Below are positions 62,858 through 64,000 of a stretch of DNA of 64,000 nt, one piece after another. The notes beneath the pieces were generated by a model. That model made no database searches, was not told the DNA's origin, and worked only from the letters and a program-made list of their open reading frames with translations. Source of the stretch: Alloascoidea hylecoeti (taxonomy: Eukaryota). Numbering within the stretch: the first letter of the stretch is position 1; each line of letters begins with the position of its first letter. The position numbers were made by a program, and so were the translations under genes. The DNA is taken from the NCBI GenBank assembly GCA_001600815.1, contig BCKZ01000029.1, forward strand, positions 62,001-126,000, written 5' to 3'.

Positions 62858-63800
62858 TTAGTATTTGCTGTTGACGCCTTTAACGGCTGCCACTCTACGA
62901 TGCGGAGTCGATCGGATTATCAATATTGATATTTCAATCCTTAAGGTTCCAATAATTTGAAAGAGAACTAAGTCTGTCTCCACTTTCACATAATGTAGAA
63001 GTGCTCGCAACTCCTTCCTTATGATGATGGTGCGTTCTAGATCTTATGCGGAGATTACAAATGCGGTGTCAATCGGATTCGGGACCGGTGAATTGCCACT
63101 CCAACATCTCTATCTCATGCTCACAAAACCAATTCATTACGATTACGGCCTAATATATAGGTTTGCCATCCTTTTTGAATATTCCACCCTCATGAAAATC
63201 ACCAAGGGCTTCTTACAAAAGTTCTACGTAGGAACGTGCGATGTATCCCTTTTTTGTGCTATTACAATCCCCAACCGCTCTATACAGTTTAGTACGACCT
63301 CTTTTCCAAATTCAAGCGTGTTCAACTACAGGGAGGCACTTACAATCTTCAGAATTTGATTTACTGCCCTTTCAGAAAATTATGTATTCTTTTTTGTTGA
63401 AGGAGAAGTTATTCCAGAAGAGCTGTTGCGTATTGGTTTATAGTAAACCTCTAAGCTTATATGGTCCGGGAAAACAACTTTTAGGAAAGTCAAAAAATCA
63501 AACACCTCGCGGAAAATGTAACCACACCACCAAAATCACTTCCATTATATGTTAAATAAATATTGACAGAAGGTAGATAAATAGCACATCTAAACGATTT
63601 TGTTTCAAATTATTTATTCCTATGTCTTAATTGTGTAGACCTCCAGATTTTGCGGGCATACAAATACTTAATAGCTTAGGTTACATTTGGCGGAACTATG
63701 ATATCTTTTGGAACAATCTAATTAAGAATCGATGGGTGTATGGGTTTATTTTTATCAGATGAAGAGCCCTTGATCATATACAGTAAGCAGTAATTTTTAA
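62858..63800 (-). mobile_element. Degenerate Tc1/impala-like transposase relic (near full length)
   Basis: Minus strand: KVVFPDHISLE (FSDE), IWKRGRTKLYRAVGD..KKGYIARSYVELL*EAL..GIFKKDGKPIY*A..VMNWFCEHEIEMLEW..NPI.., C-terminus IRSTPHRRVAAVKGVNSKY* with stop at 62858-62860. Confidence 0.8.
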
Positions 63801-63912
63801 AAAATATTTAAAAAATGGTGGCTAAGATATAATTTATGTCATCGAAAAGTCTTCCAGCAAAGTTACACATTTACACAATCACCTGCAAAGTAGCAATATG
63901 CACAACGTAAAC

Positions 63913-63993
63913 CTTACTTTATCTATATGAGTGCATGCAGATGTATGCTGACATTTTTCCTCATGGCGTAGTATGTACAGTTGAATGCATATT
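63913..63993 (+). repeat. Dispersed repeat copy 2 (matches 11835-11915)
   Basis: See copy 1; may extend beyond the window end. Confidence 0.85.
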
Positions 63994-64000
63994 TGTATTT

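Overview
AT-rich eukaryotic DNA from an intron-containing yeast-like ascomycete (GTAAGT/GTATGT donors, CTAAC/CTAAT branch points). Housekeeping genes: REX1-type exonuclease (2 introns), dynein light intermediate chain (6 introns), ADE4, DIP5-like permease, a degenerate Sec7-domain protein, an F-box protein, ECM25 RhoGAP, an SH3-RasGEF, DID4/VPS2, MRT4 (1 intron) and UFD4. The most interesting items are five. (1) An accessory island at ~40.3-44.3 kb carries a coiled-coil + PD-(D/E)xK-like nuclease + atypical kinase gene (Spok/Crinkler-like architecture). It is frameshifted exactly at the predicted catalytic Glu and sits between broken fragments of STE20 and a Lon protease. (2) An intact 854-aa pogo/Fot1-type transposase derivative has lost catalytic aspartates and gained a Ser/Gln-rich tail (candidate domesticated regulator). 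(3) A ~500-nt multi-hairpin candidate structured ncRNA lies at ~20.0-20.5 kb. (4) Several heavily eroded Tc1/IS630-type transposase relics and an RT relic sit in the 'empty' intergenic DNA and are not resolved by the ORF track. (5) A strong excess of the TAAGCTTA palindrome outside genes. All assignments come from manual translation and motif recognition; no searches were run.
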